64,000 nucleotides of DNA from Octopus vulgaris (lineage: Eukaryota). The notes under the pieces were generated by a model. That model made no database searches. It had not been told where the DNA came from and was given only the letters and a program-made list of their open reading frames with translations. Below, piece by piece: positions 41,341 to 53,676 of this stretch. Within the stretch, counting starts at the first letter, position 1. Every line of letters begins with the position of its first letter. The position numbers and the translations under genes were made by a program. The stretch lies in assembly GCA_951406725.2 (NCBI GenBank), contig OX597815.1, positions 190,774,001 through 190,838,000 of the forward strand. Reading direction: 5' to 3'.

Positions 41341-41706
41341 CTAGCAATATCGCCCGGCGTTGCTCGGGTTTGTAAGGGAAATAACTATAAAGCATTTTTA
41401 GAGCGTTATAGCCAAAAAAATAGCAAAAAAATGCATTAAAAATAGGGAAAAAATGATGGTAATTTTTTTTTTAAATCGTTGACTCATCGTAGACATTTTT
41501 AGAGAGTTACTTCCCTTATATAATAGCGAAAAAAATGCATTAAAATGGAAAAAAAATGATGGTAAATTATTTCTAAAATCGTAGACTCATTGTAGATGCG
41601 CGCTAATACCCAGAAGGGCTCAATATGAATCACCGCAAAATGTGGGAGTAGTTAGGAATCTAAATCGTAGGAGACAGACACACAACATTACTTTTATATA
41701 TAAAGA
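41341..41706 (-). mobile_element. Non-autonomous Helitron
   Basis: The minus strand begins A|TCTTTATATATAAAAG and ends with the hairpin CCCGAGCAACGCCGGG, about 8 nt, then CTAG|T. No TSD. Contains an internal duplication of about 100 bp. Confidence 0.85.
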
Positions 41707-41784
41707 TATAGAGAGTACACAATCTATTGCAGAACTAGAGTACGCTTTTAGGTTTGGTTCTTGAACTTCCTGAAACCACTTCAT

Positions 41785-42173
41785 ATCTTTTATCCTTTAC
41801 TTGTTTCAGTCATTAGACTGCGGCCATGCTGGGGCACTGCCTTGAAGAATTTTAGTCAAAAGAATCGATCCCAGTACTTATTGGTTTGAAGCCTGGTTCT
41901 TATTCTATGGGCCTCTTTTGCCAAATTGCTAGGTTGTGAGGATGTAAACACACCAACAATGGTTGTCAACTGGTGATGGCTGACAAACACAGATACAAAC
42001 ACACACACACACAAACAACAGGTTCCTTTCAGTTTCTGTCTAACAAATCCACTCATGAGACTTTGGTCAGCCTGGGGCTATAGTGGAAAACACTTATCGG
42101 AGGTATCATGCAGTGAGATTGAACCTGGAACCAAGTAGATGAGAAGCTTAATGTCTTACCGCACGGCCACGCC
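41785..42173 (-). mobile_element. SINE family A, diverged
   Basis: Reverse-complement match. Confidence 0.8.
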
Positions 42174-42641
42174 TGATCATCATTATTACCATTATTTCAT
42201 ATATGTTTTAATGAGTCAGTATGCTTTGGATGTCAAATATCCTTTCTACTGGAACCACAAGGCCTCAAATTTGGGGGAAGGGATTAAATCGATTACATCG
42301 ACCCCAGTGCATAACTGGTACTTATTTAATCAATCCTGAAAGGATGAAAGGCAAAGTCGACCCAGGCAGAATTTGAACTCAGAACGTAACAGCATGCTAA
42401 CGATTCTGCCAGCTCGCCGCCTTTTTGAATGTCAAATATGTGCACAGAGAAGAAAACTTCATACAGTTGAGAGGACTATTAAAGATTCTTAACAGCTTTC
42501 ATAGAATCAACTACTTAGTGTGCTAGAAATAGCAGCTATATCCCTCTTAAATTACACCCTACACTTTTAGACACGGAGGTTTAGATTGGTTAATATAGTC
42601 TACTAGATTCATATAACCATCCATTTAGAGTGCCTCTAAGT

Positions 42642-42828
42642 CAGTGGTTCTCAATCTTTTTAATATCCAGGACAGATCCCATACCTGGATTTTTTTTAGG
42701 GGGCTGCACCAAAGGAAAGTTGATTAAAGAAAAATTCGTTATATTTATAGAGGGAAAACCATTGTGCACCACAGGAAGGAGGCTTGGGAGTTGTATGTGT
42801 CCCTAGGTGATGTAGTTGAGAACCACTG
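42642..42828. mobile_element. hAT (Charlie-like) MITE
   Basis: TIRs CAGTGGTTCTCAA/TTGAGAACCACTG; 8-bp TSD CTCTAAGT/CTCTTAGT. Confidence 0.85.
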
Positions 42829-42871
42829 CTCTTAGTAGTCACTCAGACTGCCAGAAACTGCACTTATGTGA

Positions 42872-43108
42872 AGGCGGCGAGCTGGCAGAAACGTTAGCAC
42901 ATCGGGTGAAATGCTTAATGGTATTTCTTCTGTCGTTATGTTCTGAGTTCAAATTCCGCCGAGGTCGACTTAGCCTTTCATCCTTTCGGGGTCGGGTCGA
43001 TAAATTAAGTACCAGTTACGCACTGGGGTCGATGTAATCAACTTAATCTCTTTGTCTGTCCTTGTTTGTCCCTGCTATGTTTAACCCCTTGTGGGCAATA
43101 AAGAAATA
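42872..43108 (+). mobile_element. SINE family B
   Basis: Matches 62499-62717. Other copies at about 8620-8849, 47628-47846, 15947-16345 (-) and 5515-5740. Confidence 0.85.
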
Positions 43109-43529
43109 TAAGGGTTGTTTATGGAAGCAGTCACCCATGTAATTTAAGAGGGATATAGCTGGTTTCTCTCTCTACACCACTGATGTTATCCAAGGGAAAA
43201 GCAAAAGGGCCAATGCAGCTTGGTACCAGTGACATCACAACTCATTTCTATAGCTGAGTGAACAGGAGCAACATGAACTAAGGTGTCTGGCTCAAGAGCA
43301 TAACATAGCCTGGTCCAGGAATCAAACTCACTACCTCGTGATTATGAAGCCTGATGCTCTAACCACTGAGCCATGAAACGGCAGTCAAATTCCCTTCAAA
43401 TGATTCACTAATATCCCCTGTTTTTTTTTAAATAAAAAAGAAGAAAAAAGGAAAGATACATTATGCCCTGTAAACAAAATTGGGATGACCAGTGTTGAAA
43501 CAGCTTTGGTCATATATCTGGTGGTGGTG

Positions 43530-43863
43530 ACCCCTTCGGTCAGACACAGACCATGGGTTTGCACCTAGAGAGTTACCCTCTGAGGCACAAGTCTGGGCAA
43601 GGTTGTTTTATGGAAGACCAGCAGTCGCCCATGCATACCGGCCTCCCCTCTCCATGTCACCGATGTTGTCCAAGGGAAAGGCAAGGGCCGATACAGCTTG
43701 GCACCTGTGACGTCGCAACTCATTTCTACAGCTGAGTGAACTGGAGCAACGTGAAATAAAGTGTCTTGCTCAAGAACACAACACGCAGCCCAGTCCAGGA
43801 TTCAAGCTCACAACCTCACGATCCTAAGCTCGACGCTCTAACCACTGAGCCACACACCTTCAC
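43530..43863 (-). mobile_element. tRNA-derived SINE family D
   Basis: Head TGGCTCAGTGGTTAGAGCGTCGAGC...GAGCTTGAATCC and core TTGAGCAAGACACTTTATTTCACGTTGCTCCAG. Other copies at 1710-1865, 38328-38664, 25552-25788, 47899-48222, 52143-52390, 62015-62262 and 62975-63233 share the core but have different tails. Confidence 0.85.
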
Positions 43864-44286
43864 TTGGTCATATGTCTACTTTGTAGGTATTGACCTGAGG
43901 GTAAATGGCGCCAAAGCCAATAACAAAATACTCATCATTTATATGACACTCTTGTCACTTACACAGATAATAGATGACACAGCCATCTCAACTATTAATA
44001 AGTAGACACTGTGAATTATTAACAGTCAAGAATCTTTAAACATATTTCCATGCTGTTTCCACTTTTGTATTTGTATTTATATATGTAAGTGTGTGTGTGT
44101 TAATGCTTGTTTTTATGATAAGTTATGATAAAAACAATTTTACATTAATCTGATTGGAGTACTCTAAACTTTTGTAGAGTATAGTGATTTTGAAGTTTTG
44201 ACAATCCAGTTGCATGATGGATTAACTGACTGAAACTTCGAAATCACTATCAATAATAGTCTTCTTTAAGAATATTTTATATATAC

Positions 44287-44324
<38 letters not shown>

Positions 44325-44523
44325 TGTTGTGTTTGGGGAGAGTCATTTTCTTTTTGTGCCTTATAATGTAACACACTCACCGGTAAAATTTCCACTTATT
44401 TCTTATTTTTAAGTGTGTTACATTATAAGGTACAAAAGAAAATGACTCTCCCCAGACACAACAGAATATGCTTCAACATGCGAACTCATATAAAGAATCT
44501 TGCAAGCCAAATCCAAAAACGAA

Positions 44524-44669
<146 letters not shown>

Positions 44670-44746
44670 TTTACGAAAAAAACAGAAGACGAAGACAGGT
44701 GGTGTACAAAACAAACAGATGTATTAGTATAATGCTCAGGAATAGT

Positions 44747-44782
44747 CTTTTACGTTTCGAGCCTACGCTCTTCTACAGAAAG
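44747..44782 (-). ncRNA. Minimal hammerhead-like motif with a variant core (CUGUAGA)
   Basis: CTTT-CTGTAGA-A-GAGC-gtag-GCTC-GAAA-CG-TA-AAAG. Confidence 0.55.
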
Positions 44783-44890
44783 GGACACAGAAAAAACAAG
44801 GAGAGAAACAAAGAGAGAAAAAAATGTGTGGAGTGGCTAATATATATACATATATCATCATCATCATTTAATATCCGTTTTCCATGCTGG

Positions 44891-44928
<38 letters not shown>

Positions 44929-44939
44929 TATATATATAT

Positions 44940-45260
44940 ATTAAGCATATAGTTTATATCCACTCAAAAGAAGAAAAGAAAATGGAGATTAGGAAGTTAA
45001 CAATTATTTATTATTAACACATTGATCATCTTCACTTCTTACAGTCGTTTCAATTAATACTCAATAATTAAACATTTTTACCTTAAATTTGAATTTATGC
45101 ATGCCACACAGATGAAAATTTGTAATTAGAATACTGAGTATTTATTGAAACATCAGTAAGAAGTGAAGGTGATCAATGTGTTAATAATAAGTAATTGTTA
45201 ACTCCCTTATTTCCATTTTCATTCCGTCTTTTAGATGGATATAAACTGTATGCTTAATAT
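44940..45260. repeat. Imperfect 320-bp palindrome centred on a GTTTC...GAAAC hairpin
   Basis: Arms TTAAGCATATAGTTTATATCCA / TGGATATAAACTGTATGCTTAA. Confidence 0.8.
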
Positions 45261-45368
45261 ATACCTATTTTTTTAAAGGTATTTCATTCCCCAACAATAC
45301 AAGGTATTGAACCAGTATTTCCTTGGATGCAACCATCTCTTCCTGATGTTAACATATCCTCTAATTAA

Positions 45369-45400
<32 letters not shown>

Positions 45401-45405
<5 letters not shown>

Positions 45406-45970
45406 AACCGAGTTAGTAAATGTTTTTATCTTCATTTCACTTAATTTATCAAGCTTCTGTGTTCCTAGCACATATTTCGCCTTAATGTACTGATATATGG
45501 AAAATATATGGCTTGTGTTAGTAATACCAGCGATTATAATTATTTTTATTTTTATTTTATCGCAATTTGATTTGTTTACATATTTCTCGATAAATTATGA
45601 GCGCTAGACGATATACCAGAAATCCCTAGTTTTGTCGGGACGTTCGGAGTCTGCGCAGTGATATGATTAGTTAGAGAGAGTAAATCATTAGAAGCACATG
45701 CTTCTGGTGAGTTAGGATCTCAGAAAAACAGGGCTCTCACTGACGAATTCTCCCTGAGCAAATAAATTATCTTTATTGCTGAAAAGAAAGAAACTGCAGT
45801 CTGAGAATAACCGAGTTAGTAAATGTTTTTATCTTCATTTCACTTAATTTATCAAGCTTCTGTGTTCCTAGCACATATTTCGCCTTAATGTACTGATATA
45901 TGGAAAATATATGGCTTGTGTTAGTAATACCAGCGATTATAATTATTTTTATTTTATCGCAATTTGATTT

Positions 45971-45975
<5 letters not shown>
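45401..45975 (+). mobile_element. Retrozyme/Penelope pLTR-like element: 403-bp unit plus a partial second copy
   Basis: Near-identical direct repeats at 45401-45577 and 45804-45975, a hammerhead at the unit junction, and (TA)n on both sides. Confidence 0.8.
45735..45806 (+). ncRNA. Type I hammerhead ribozyme motif (GUC triplet)
   Basis: TCTCA-CTGACGA-[stem II ttct..agca.ataaa/tttat.tgct..agaa]-GAAA-CTGCAG-TC-TGAGA. Stem I TCTCA/TGAGA is perfect and stem III is palindromic. Confidence 0.75.
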
Positions 45976-46058
<83 letters not shown>

Positions 46059-46462
46059 GTACATACATACACACACACACACATATATATATATACATAT
46101 GTGTATGTATGTATGTATGTATGTATGTATGTATGTATGTATGTATGTATGTATGTATGTATGTATGTATGTATGTATGTATGTATGTATGTATGTATGT
46201 ATGTGCATGTGTATGTATATACATATATGTGTATGTGTGTGTGTGTGTGCATGTGTTAAATGAAGTCAAACCAAGTAATGATATTCTGAATGAATTTAAT
46301 ATGCACGTTTCAGATAATTGCACAATGGATAAAAAATGGAATTTCGCCTCTTATGCAATATCTTCTTCAGTTAAGATATATCAAAATATATTTTTAGAGT
46401 TGATGCTTCAACCTACCAGGGAGCATTCTGAAGATTGGTCTTTTAGTTAAATTACAGTACAT

Positions 46463-46574
<112 letters not shown>

Positions 46575-47627
46575 GTGTACATATATATTTATATGTATAT
46601 TTTGTATATGTGCAAATGGTGATATGACATGATTATGAAACAGCTGTAAACTAATGGAATAAACGTCTATTCTCTCACTTCACTTCTCTTATCTGATCAA
46701 TGTGTGTGTGTGTGTGTGTGTGTGTAAAGCTAAACTGAAAACAATAAAAATTGATTTTTTTTTCTTTTCAATGTGTGTGTGTGTGTGTGTGTGTGTAAAG
46801 CTAAACTGAAAACAATAAAAATTGATTTTTTTTTTCTTTTCATTACATCTAAATTGAATTTGAATTTCAGCTCGATTTTCACTTTCAGGTTTAGAATCCT
46901 CTCCCATCATTTTCAGCTTAGGTCAAAAATATTAGTTTTATCTCAGTATGACATTTCAAGAAAAAAAATTAAAAATTAAAAATAAAAAGTAAAATAAAAT
47001 AATAAAAAATTTTTTTTATAAATAAAAAAAAACAAAGTAAAAATAAAAACCCATTACACTTCTCTGTTAGTAATACCGCAATGTCCAACACTTTAATTAT
47101 TCAATGCATTATGTTTCCAAAATAGAAAATAGCAGAAAACTAAAAAATGTTATCAAAGTCTTTTTTCCAATTGTATTATGACATTATGATATCTGAATAT
47201 TCAATTATGCAATGGTTGGTTCACATAACACCTTAATGAAATACAGCAGATTTTTGAGAAGAAAAAGGAATAATATTGATTTATTTTTCCCCAACTAGTA
47301 AAATAAGCTGCAGCCAGTTATAGCTGGTAATTTATGAAGTATCCGTGTCGTTGGAGAGGACTTTTCTACTGTTATCACACGTGAATATGGAGGATATAAT
47401 GTAAAAGGTTTTATTTCCATTAATAGCTTTTGTTTGCTTCCATACACTCTTGACATGTTAGTACACTGTGTGTGTGTGTGCATGTGTGAATATGGTCTCT
47501 TCATGATAAGAAACATGCAAGGAGGAAAACAACCAACAATCAAAGACTACACACACACACACATACATACACACACATACACAAGTACTTGAACACATTC
47601 ACACACACACGTGTGTGTATATATATA

Positions 47628-47846
47628 TGGCAGAAACGGTAGCACGCCGGGCGAAATGCTTTGCATTATTTCGTCTGCCGCTACGTTCTGAGTTCAAATT
47701 CCGCCGAGGTCGACTTTGACTTTCATCTTTACGGGGTCGATAAATTAAGAACCAGTTACGCACTGGGGTTGATGGAATCGACTTAATCCCTTTGTCTGTC
47801 CTTGTTTGTCCCCTCTATGTTTGGCCCCTTGTGGGTAGTAAAGAAA
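47628..47846 (+). mobile_element. SINE family B
   Basis: Matches 62499-62717. Confidence 0.85.
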
Positions 47847-48632
47847 TATATATATATATGTATATATATATGTGTGTGTGCGTGTGTGTGTGTGTGTGTG
47901 AAGGCATGTGGCTTAATGGTTAGGGCATTCGGCTCAAGTTTGTAAGGTCATGAGTTCAATTCCCAGTGAAACTTTGTGTCCTTGAGCAAGACACTTTATT
48001 TCCCATTGCTCCAGTCCACTCAGCTGGCAAAAATGAAAAATACCTGTAAATTCAAAGGGGCCAGCCTTGTCACACTCAGTGTCATGTTGAATCTCACTGA
48101 ATACTACATTAAGTGTACACGTATCTGTGGAGTACTCAGCCACTTGCACGTTAATTTCACAAGCAAGCCCTTCCATTGATTGTATCAGCCGGGACCCATG
48201 TCATCGTAACCGATGGACTGCTCCTTTTAAATATGTATATGTATTTTATATAAATAAGGATAAGATTGTTAATTTAAATATCGACCTTATCAAGTGGCCA
48301 GCATGGGAATAAAAACCTTCAAAGGTAATAATTATCATTAAAATTATAATTTAGGGTATCTAAGAGATACCACCACGCTGGAAATAGCAGCCAAAACTTG
48401 ACTCTGTGTGTGTGTGTGTGTGTGTGTGTTGCATGTGTGTGTATGTGTGTGTGCGTGCATATATATATATATATATATATATAGGAATTTCTTGCGTAAT
48501 AAGATAAAGAAAACCAAGGCTGTGAACCCTTTATTCGCAATATTACCGAATCTGGAACTTAACTATGGTCTGTCTATAGCACTTATTCAGCATTATCTGA
48601 CACCTTTGGGTCTCAATGACACCATTACCTCT

Positions 48633-48689
<57 letters not shown>

Positions 48690-48690
48690 G

Positions 48691-48735
<45 letters not shown>

Positions 48736-48832
48736 CGTGTACAGTGCTCAGGTGCACTACAACTCATCTAAAGTGTATATATAATCAGGTGTAGTTTCGG
48801 CGGATTTCGGAAAGCATGAGGGCCTTAAAGGA

Positions 48833-48877
<45 letters not shown>

Positions 48878-49593
48878 TGAGTATAAGTGTGTATGTATTG
48901 CTGTCAAGTAAAAGCATTTGTGCTGGTACCTTGTAAAAAGTACCCAGTACACTCTTTAAAGTGGTTGGCTTTAGCAAGGGAACCCAACCGTAGAAACAAA
49001 GCCAAAACAGAGAATACTATTAAGCCTGGTGCAGCCAGTGGCCTTACCAGCTCCTGTCTAACCATCCAACACAAGACCAGCATGGAAAACAGACGTGAAA
49101 TGATGACAAAGATGATGATGATAATGATGACGATGACGGCAACAATGACGATGATGATGACGATGATGAAGATGATGATATACAAATGTGTGTGTGTGTG
49201 TGTGTTTGTGTATGTGCACGTATGCATGTCTGTATGCATGTGTGTGTCTAAGTGTGTGTGTATGTGTGTGTGTGTTTGTGCAGCACACATATAACATACA
49301 TCGTCATGAGTTAGATCGTTAATTTATCCTCATCTCTATCCTTTTATCATCATGAGATATATTTGCTCCAAGCTTTTAAAAGCATCTCCAGACCTTTAAC
49401 AGAAATAAAAGCTTGAACTCATTAAAAATGAATCAGTTCAGAATACAAGAAACTGAACATTAGATGTTAAGTGCCTGAAACCTACCTCGCTAGTGTCATA
49501 ACGACCTCGCCTGATTTATCTCTTGACATTAAAAATTTTTGACACAAATTAGCCCAACTGAAGACTCTCGTTCAAAATTTATTTAATTTAATA

Positions 49594-50001
49594 GGCGCAG
49601 GAGTGGCTGTGTGGTAAGTAGCTTGCTTCCCAACCACATGGTTCCAGGTTCAGTCCCACTGTGTGGCATCTTGAGCAAGTGTCTTCTGCTATAGCCTCGG
49701 GCTGACCAAAGCCTTGTGAGTGGATTTGGTAGACGGAAACTGAAAGAAGCCTATCATATATATGTATATATATATGTATGTGTGTGTATATGTTTGTGTG
49801 TGTGTGTTTGTCCCTCTAGCATTGCTTGACAACCGATGCTGGTGTGTTTACATCCCTGTCACTTACCGGTTCGGCAAAAGAGACCGATAGAATAAGTAAT
49901 GGGCTTACAAAGAATAAATCCCGGAGTTGATTTGCTCGACTAAAGGCGGTGCTCCAGCATGGCTGCAGTCAAATGACTGAAACAAGTAAAAGAGTAAAGA
50001 G
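49594..50001 (+). mobile_element. SINE family A, full length
   Basis: High similarity to 808-1217. Confidence 0.9.
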
Positions 50002-50954
50002 AATTGTTGATATTAATATGAACAAGATTTTGAATCCGTTGCAGTTCAAGTTCCGGAGGTAAATATCTCTGTGGTCTGGTGTCATGATAACCTCGTTCGA
50101 TCTAATTCTTAGCACTATTCTTTTGACATGAAGGAGCTCAGCTGAAATCCAACCCTGGCAATTCTGGTAAATGTATGAGAAAAGCCTTTGATATCATTAC
50201 AAATAAGGCATGAAATTCTTATTGTCTCATTTGAAGAGCAATTAAAAAAAAAAAAGACATTTTGTTTCATTTAAAAGCATTATGGAACTTAATGGTTTAT
50301 AATATTTGCTTATTTGAGGAAGATAAATCAACAGATTCATGGATAATGTTATATTCTAGCTGCTCTTTATCATAACTTAATGAAGCAGAAATAAAATATT
50401 CTTTAAAAAAAAATGAGAAATAATGTTTCATAAAACCCATTTGAATAATAATTATTATTATTATTATAAATCTCTGAGCGAGGTATAAACAGTAGCTGCA
50501 ACACATCATGAAGTATATTTGCCACTTAAATGTGGCCAACCACTAAGGGTGGATGGTACTGTAGCTTGTAGCCTCAGGATTATAATTATCTTTTCTACTA
50601 TAGGTACAAGGCCTGAAATTTGGGGGTAGGTGGAGGGACTAATGGATTACCTCAGTGCTTAACTGGTACTTATTCTATCAGCCCCAGAAGCATGAAATGC
50701 AAAGTTAACATTGGCAGAAATTGAACTCAGAACATAAGCTGGAAGAAATGCTAATAAGCATTTTGTCCGGAGTGCTAATGAGTCAGCCAGCTTGCTGCCT
50801 TAATAACAATATCACCATGTTACGCACACATGGTTGTGATGCAGGTGCCTGGAGTTTCCTTATCAGAGGGGTAATCATTATAGGTGTATTGAGCTTTGTA
50901 TATTTTACTCGATCAAGTGGTTGGTATGTAAATTTATAAATGTAGAAGAATGTA

Positions 50955-51280
50955 TTTCATTTTTCATTTCATTTAGTTTCAGCTCACGAGCTGTGGCCAT
51001 GCTGGGGCACCGCCATTTGGTGTTGCTACATGATTTTACTTCACGAATGCTTTTTAGCAATTGACATTTGGTGCATGAGAGAGTTTGATGCAGCTACCCT
51101 CATCTGCACCTCCTGCCATGAAGTTGGTTCATCTGGGACACCTGACATCTGAAGACATCTGCATCCACCCCATGAAGGTCTCTCAGGTCCTTCGGGAGGA
51201 TATTGAAGAGCTGTGGACCTCTGAAGCCCAGGCTATTGCAGTATCTTGTCCTACATCTTGATGGCAAATTTGGAGTCTTG
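50955..51280 (-). mobile_element. CR1-like LINE 3' end
   Basis: RTRYCNSLGFRGPQLFNILPKDLRDL...VPDEP, followed by a 3' UTR and a (TGAAA)n-like tail. Confidence 0.75.
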
Positions 51281-51351
51281 TGTGTGGTTATTAATTATGT
51301 TCCTCTAGTTTTCGCTTGCATTGCCTCCATCCATTCAGATTATTAAACGGT

Positions 51352-51707
51352 GTATGTATGTATGTATGTATGTATGTATGTATGTATGTATGTATGTATG
51401 TATGTATGTATGTATGTATGCATGTATGTATGTATGTTTGTTTGTATGTATGTATATATGTACGTATGTAATTATGTGTGTGTATGTATGTATGTATGTA
51501 TGTATGTATGTGTGTATGTATGTATGTGTGTATGTATGTATGTTTGTATGTATGTTTGTATGTATGTATGTATGTATGTATGTATGTTTGTATGTATGTT
51601 TGTATGTATGTATGTGTGTATGTATGTATGTATGTATGTATGTATGTAGGTATGTATGTATGTGTGTGTGTATGTATGTGTGTGTGTATGTATGCATGTA
51701 TGTATGT
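51352..51707. repeat. (TATG)n microsatellite
   Basis: Direct inspection. Confidence 0.97.
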
Positions 51708-52142
51708 AGACTGTTCCCAGGATTAAGCTTAACATTTGACACTTGATCAACACTTATATTCACTACCTCTGTTTAAATGTCAAGAACATTACCAAATATG
51801 ACAGGCCCCTAAAGAATGTCAGAGGAACAACTTAAATGGGATTATACCAACCAAGATGAAGACACCTAATCCAGATACATCGATGTATAATAGTATAATA
51901 ATGAAATTAATAATACCACGTCTCAGACATTCAAATAAAAATGTTTTGTACACTGAAATTAAAGGTGACTTCAGGTGGATCGGTAAGTAACAAAAGGGTT
52001 ACACAGGCAAACAGAACGCTTTCCGTAATTATCTTCATAATTTTTTTAGGTGTGAAAATTTCTCTTCATCCTTCCATCAACTAAGTTTAAGTATTTATAA
52101 TATACTTAGTAAGTATTAATAATATACTTGAGTATTAATATG

Positions 52143-52390
52143 TGGAGGCGCGTGGCTTAGTGGTTAGGGTGTTAGCATCATGGTCATAAGATTGTAGTTT
52201 CGATTCCTGGACCGGGCGACGCGTTGTGTTCTTGAGCAAAACACTTCAATTCACGTTGCTCCAGTCCCCTCAGCTGGCAAAAATGAAGTAACGCTGCGAA
52301 GGACTGGCGCCCCGTCCAGCTGGGGAACACATACGCCATAGAAACCGGGAAACCGAGCCCATGAACCTGGCTAGGCTTTAAAAGGGGGCA
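52143..52390 (+). mobile_element. SINE family D variant with an alternative tail
   Basis: tRNA-like head plus shared core; close match to 62015-62262. Confidence 0.85.
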
Positions 52391-52911
52391 TTTATTTTAT
52401 TTTATTAATAATATACGAATATAAAGTATATTATTAATATATGTATTAATAATAAACTTTATAGAAGAACCTTTTGTTAATTTTAATTTCCAAACACAAT
52501 ATTACTAATGAAGGAGTTAGTATTTTACTAAGATATTTCTGTATTTTTCAATAGCTTTAAAATTAATTGTATCATATCAAAGGCAGTGTAATTAATTAGG
52601 AATATAATGATGTAAAAGTTGCATTTATCAATTTGTGTTGCAAGATTCTTGATGTGAAATCGTGTGTTGAAACAGATATTATTGTATTCTCGGATGGTCC
52701 TCAACACCCGTGGTTATCAACCAGTGTCTCTATGACCTCTGGGAGCCCATATTAGATTTTTGGGGTTCACACAAGCAAAATAGTAAACTAGGGATCTGCA
52801 AATAGTATTTTAAGGTTCTGTGAAAACATTTTGCTTTACAGGTATTTATTGCAAGAAACAACAAAGCTTCTTTCTCTAACATTTTACATGGTTCAACCTA
52901 GAGTAGCATAA

Positions 52912-53089
52912 TACAGTTCTAGATTTAAGAGATGAGGAATTATGTACATTATTTATATTATTTACATTTGATGGATATTTGTCCTCATTTTGTTGTTAAC
53001 AACATTTCAGCTGATATACCTACCAGCCTTCACCAGGTGTCCTGGGGAAATTTCAAACCTGGGTTCTCATTCCTAAGGTATTTTTTTGA

Positions 53090-53131
<42 letters not shown>

Positions 53132-53317
53132 CATTGTTATTATTGTTAGTGTTTGGGTCACTGCTTGGAATTGAACTCGGAATCTTGGGGTTAGTAGCCT
53201 GCACTCTTAATCACTACACCATATGCCTGGACTACTAACCCCAAGATTCCGAGTTCGATTCCAAGCAGTGACCTGAATAATAATAATAATAACAATAATA
53301 ATAATAATAATGATAAG

Positions 53318-53385
<68 letters not shown>

Positions 53386-53570
53386 TAATAACAATAATAA
53401 TAATAGTAATAATAATAATAATAACATTGAAAAATACCTTAGGAACAAGAACCTAGGTTCAAAATTTCCCCAAGACACCTGATGAAGGCTGGAGGGTACA
53501 TCAACCGAAACGTGTTAACAACAAACAAGATGAGGACAAATATCTATCAAATGTAAATAATGTAAATAAT
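52912..53570. mobile_element. Fold-back pair of tRNA-headed, hammerhead-tailed elements
   Basis: Inverted arms of about 300 bp with a central tRNA-like head and (AAT)n linkers. CTGATGA at 53479-53485 and GAAA at 53507-53510; the mirror motif is at 53005-53036 (-). Confidence 0.75.
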
Positions 53571-53676
53571 CTAGATTAGCATGTCTGCAGACAAGTTAGT
53601 GTGCCAACTTGGCCAGCACTGTCTGGCATGTTTCTTCTGCTCAACCTCCAAGCCTGGCAGCAGAGCTTAGCTCAAT

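Noticed and set aside
46699-46841. 70-bp direct duplication
   Set aside because: Simple microsatellite-anchored tandem duplication with no functional signal.
50297-50401. Minus-strand terminal-exon candidate EYFISASLSYDKEQ...
   Set aside because: No homology, and the F-box/LRR gene already terminates at 55287.
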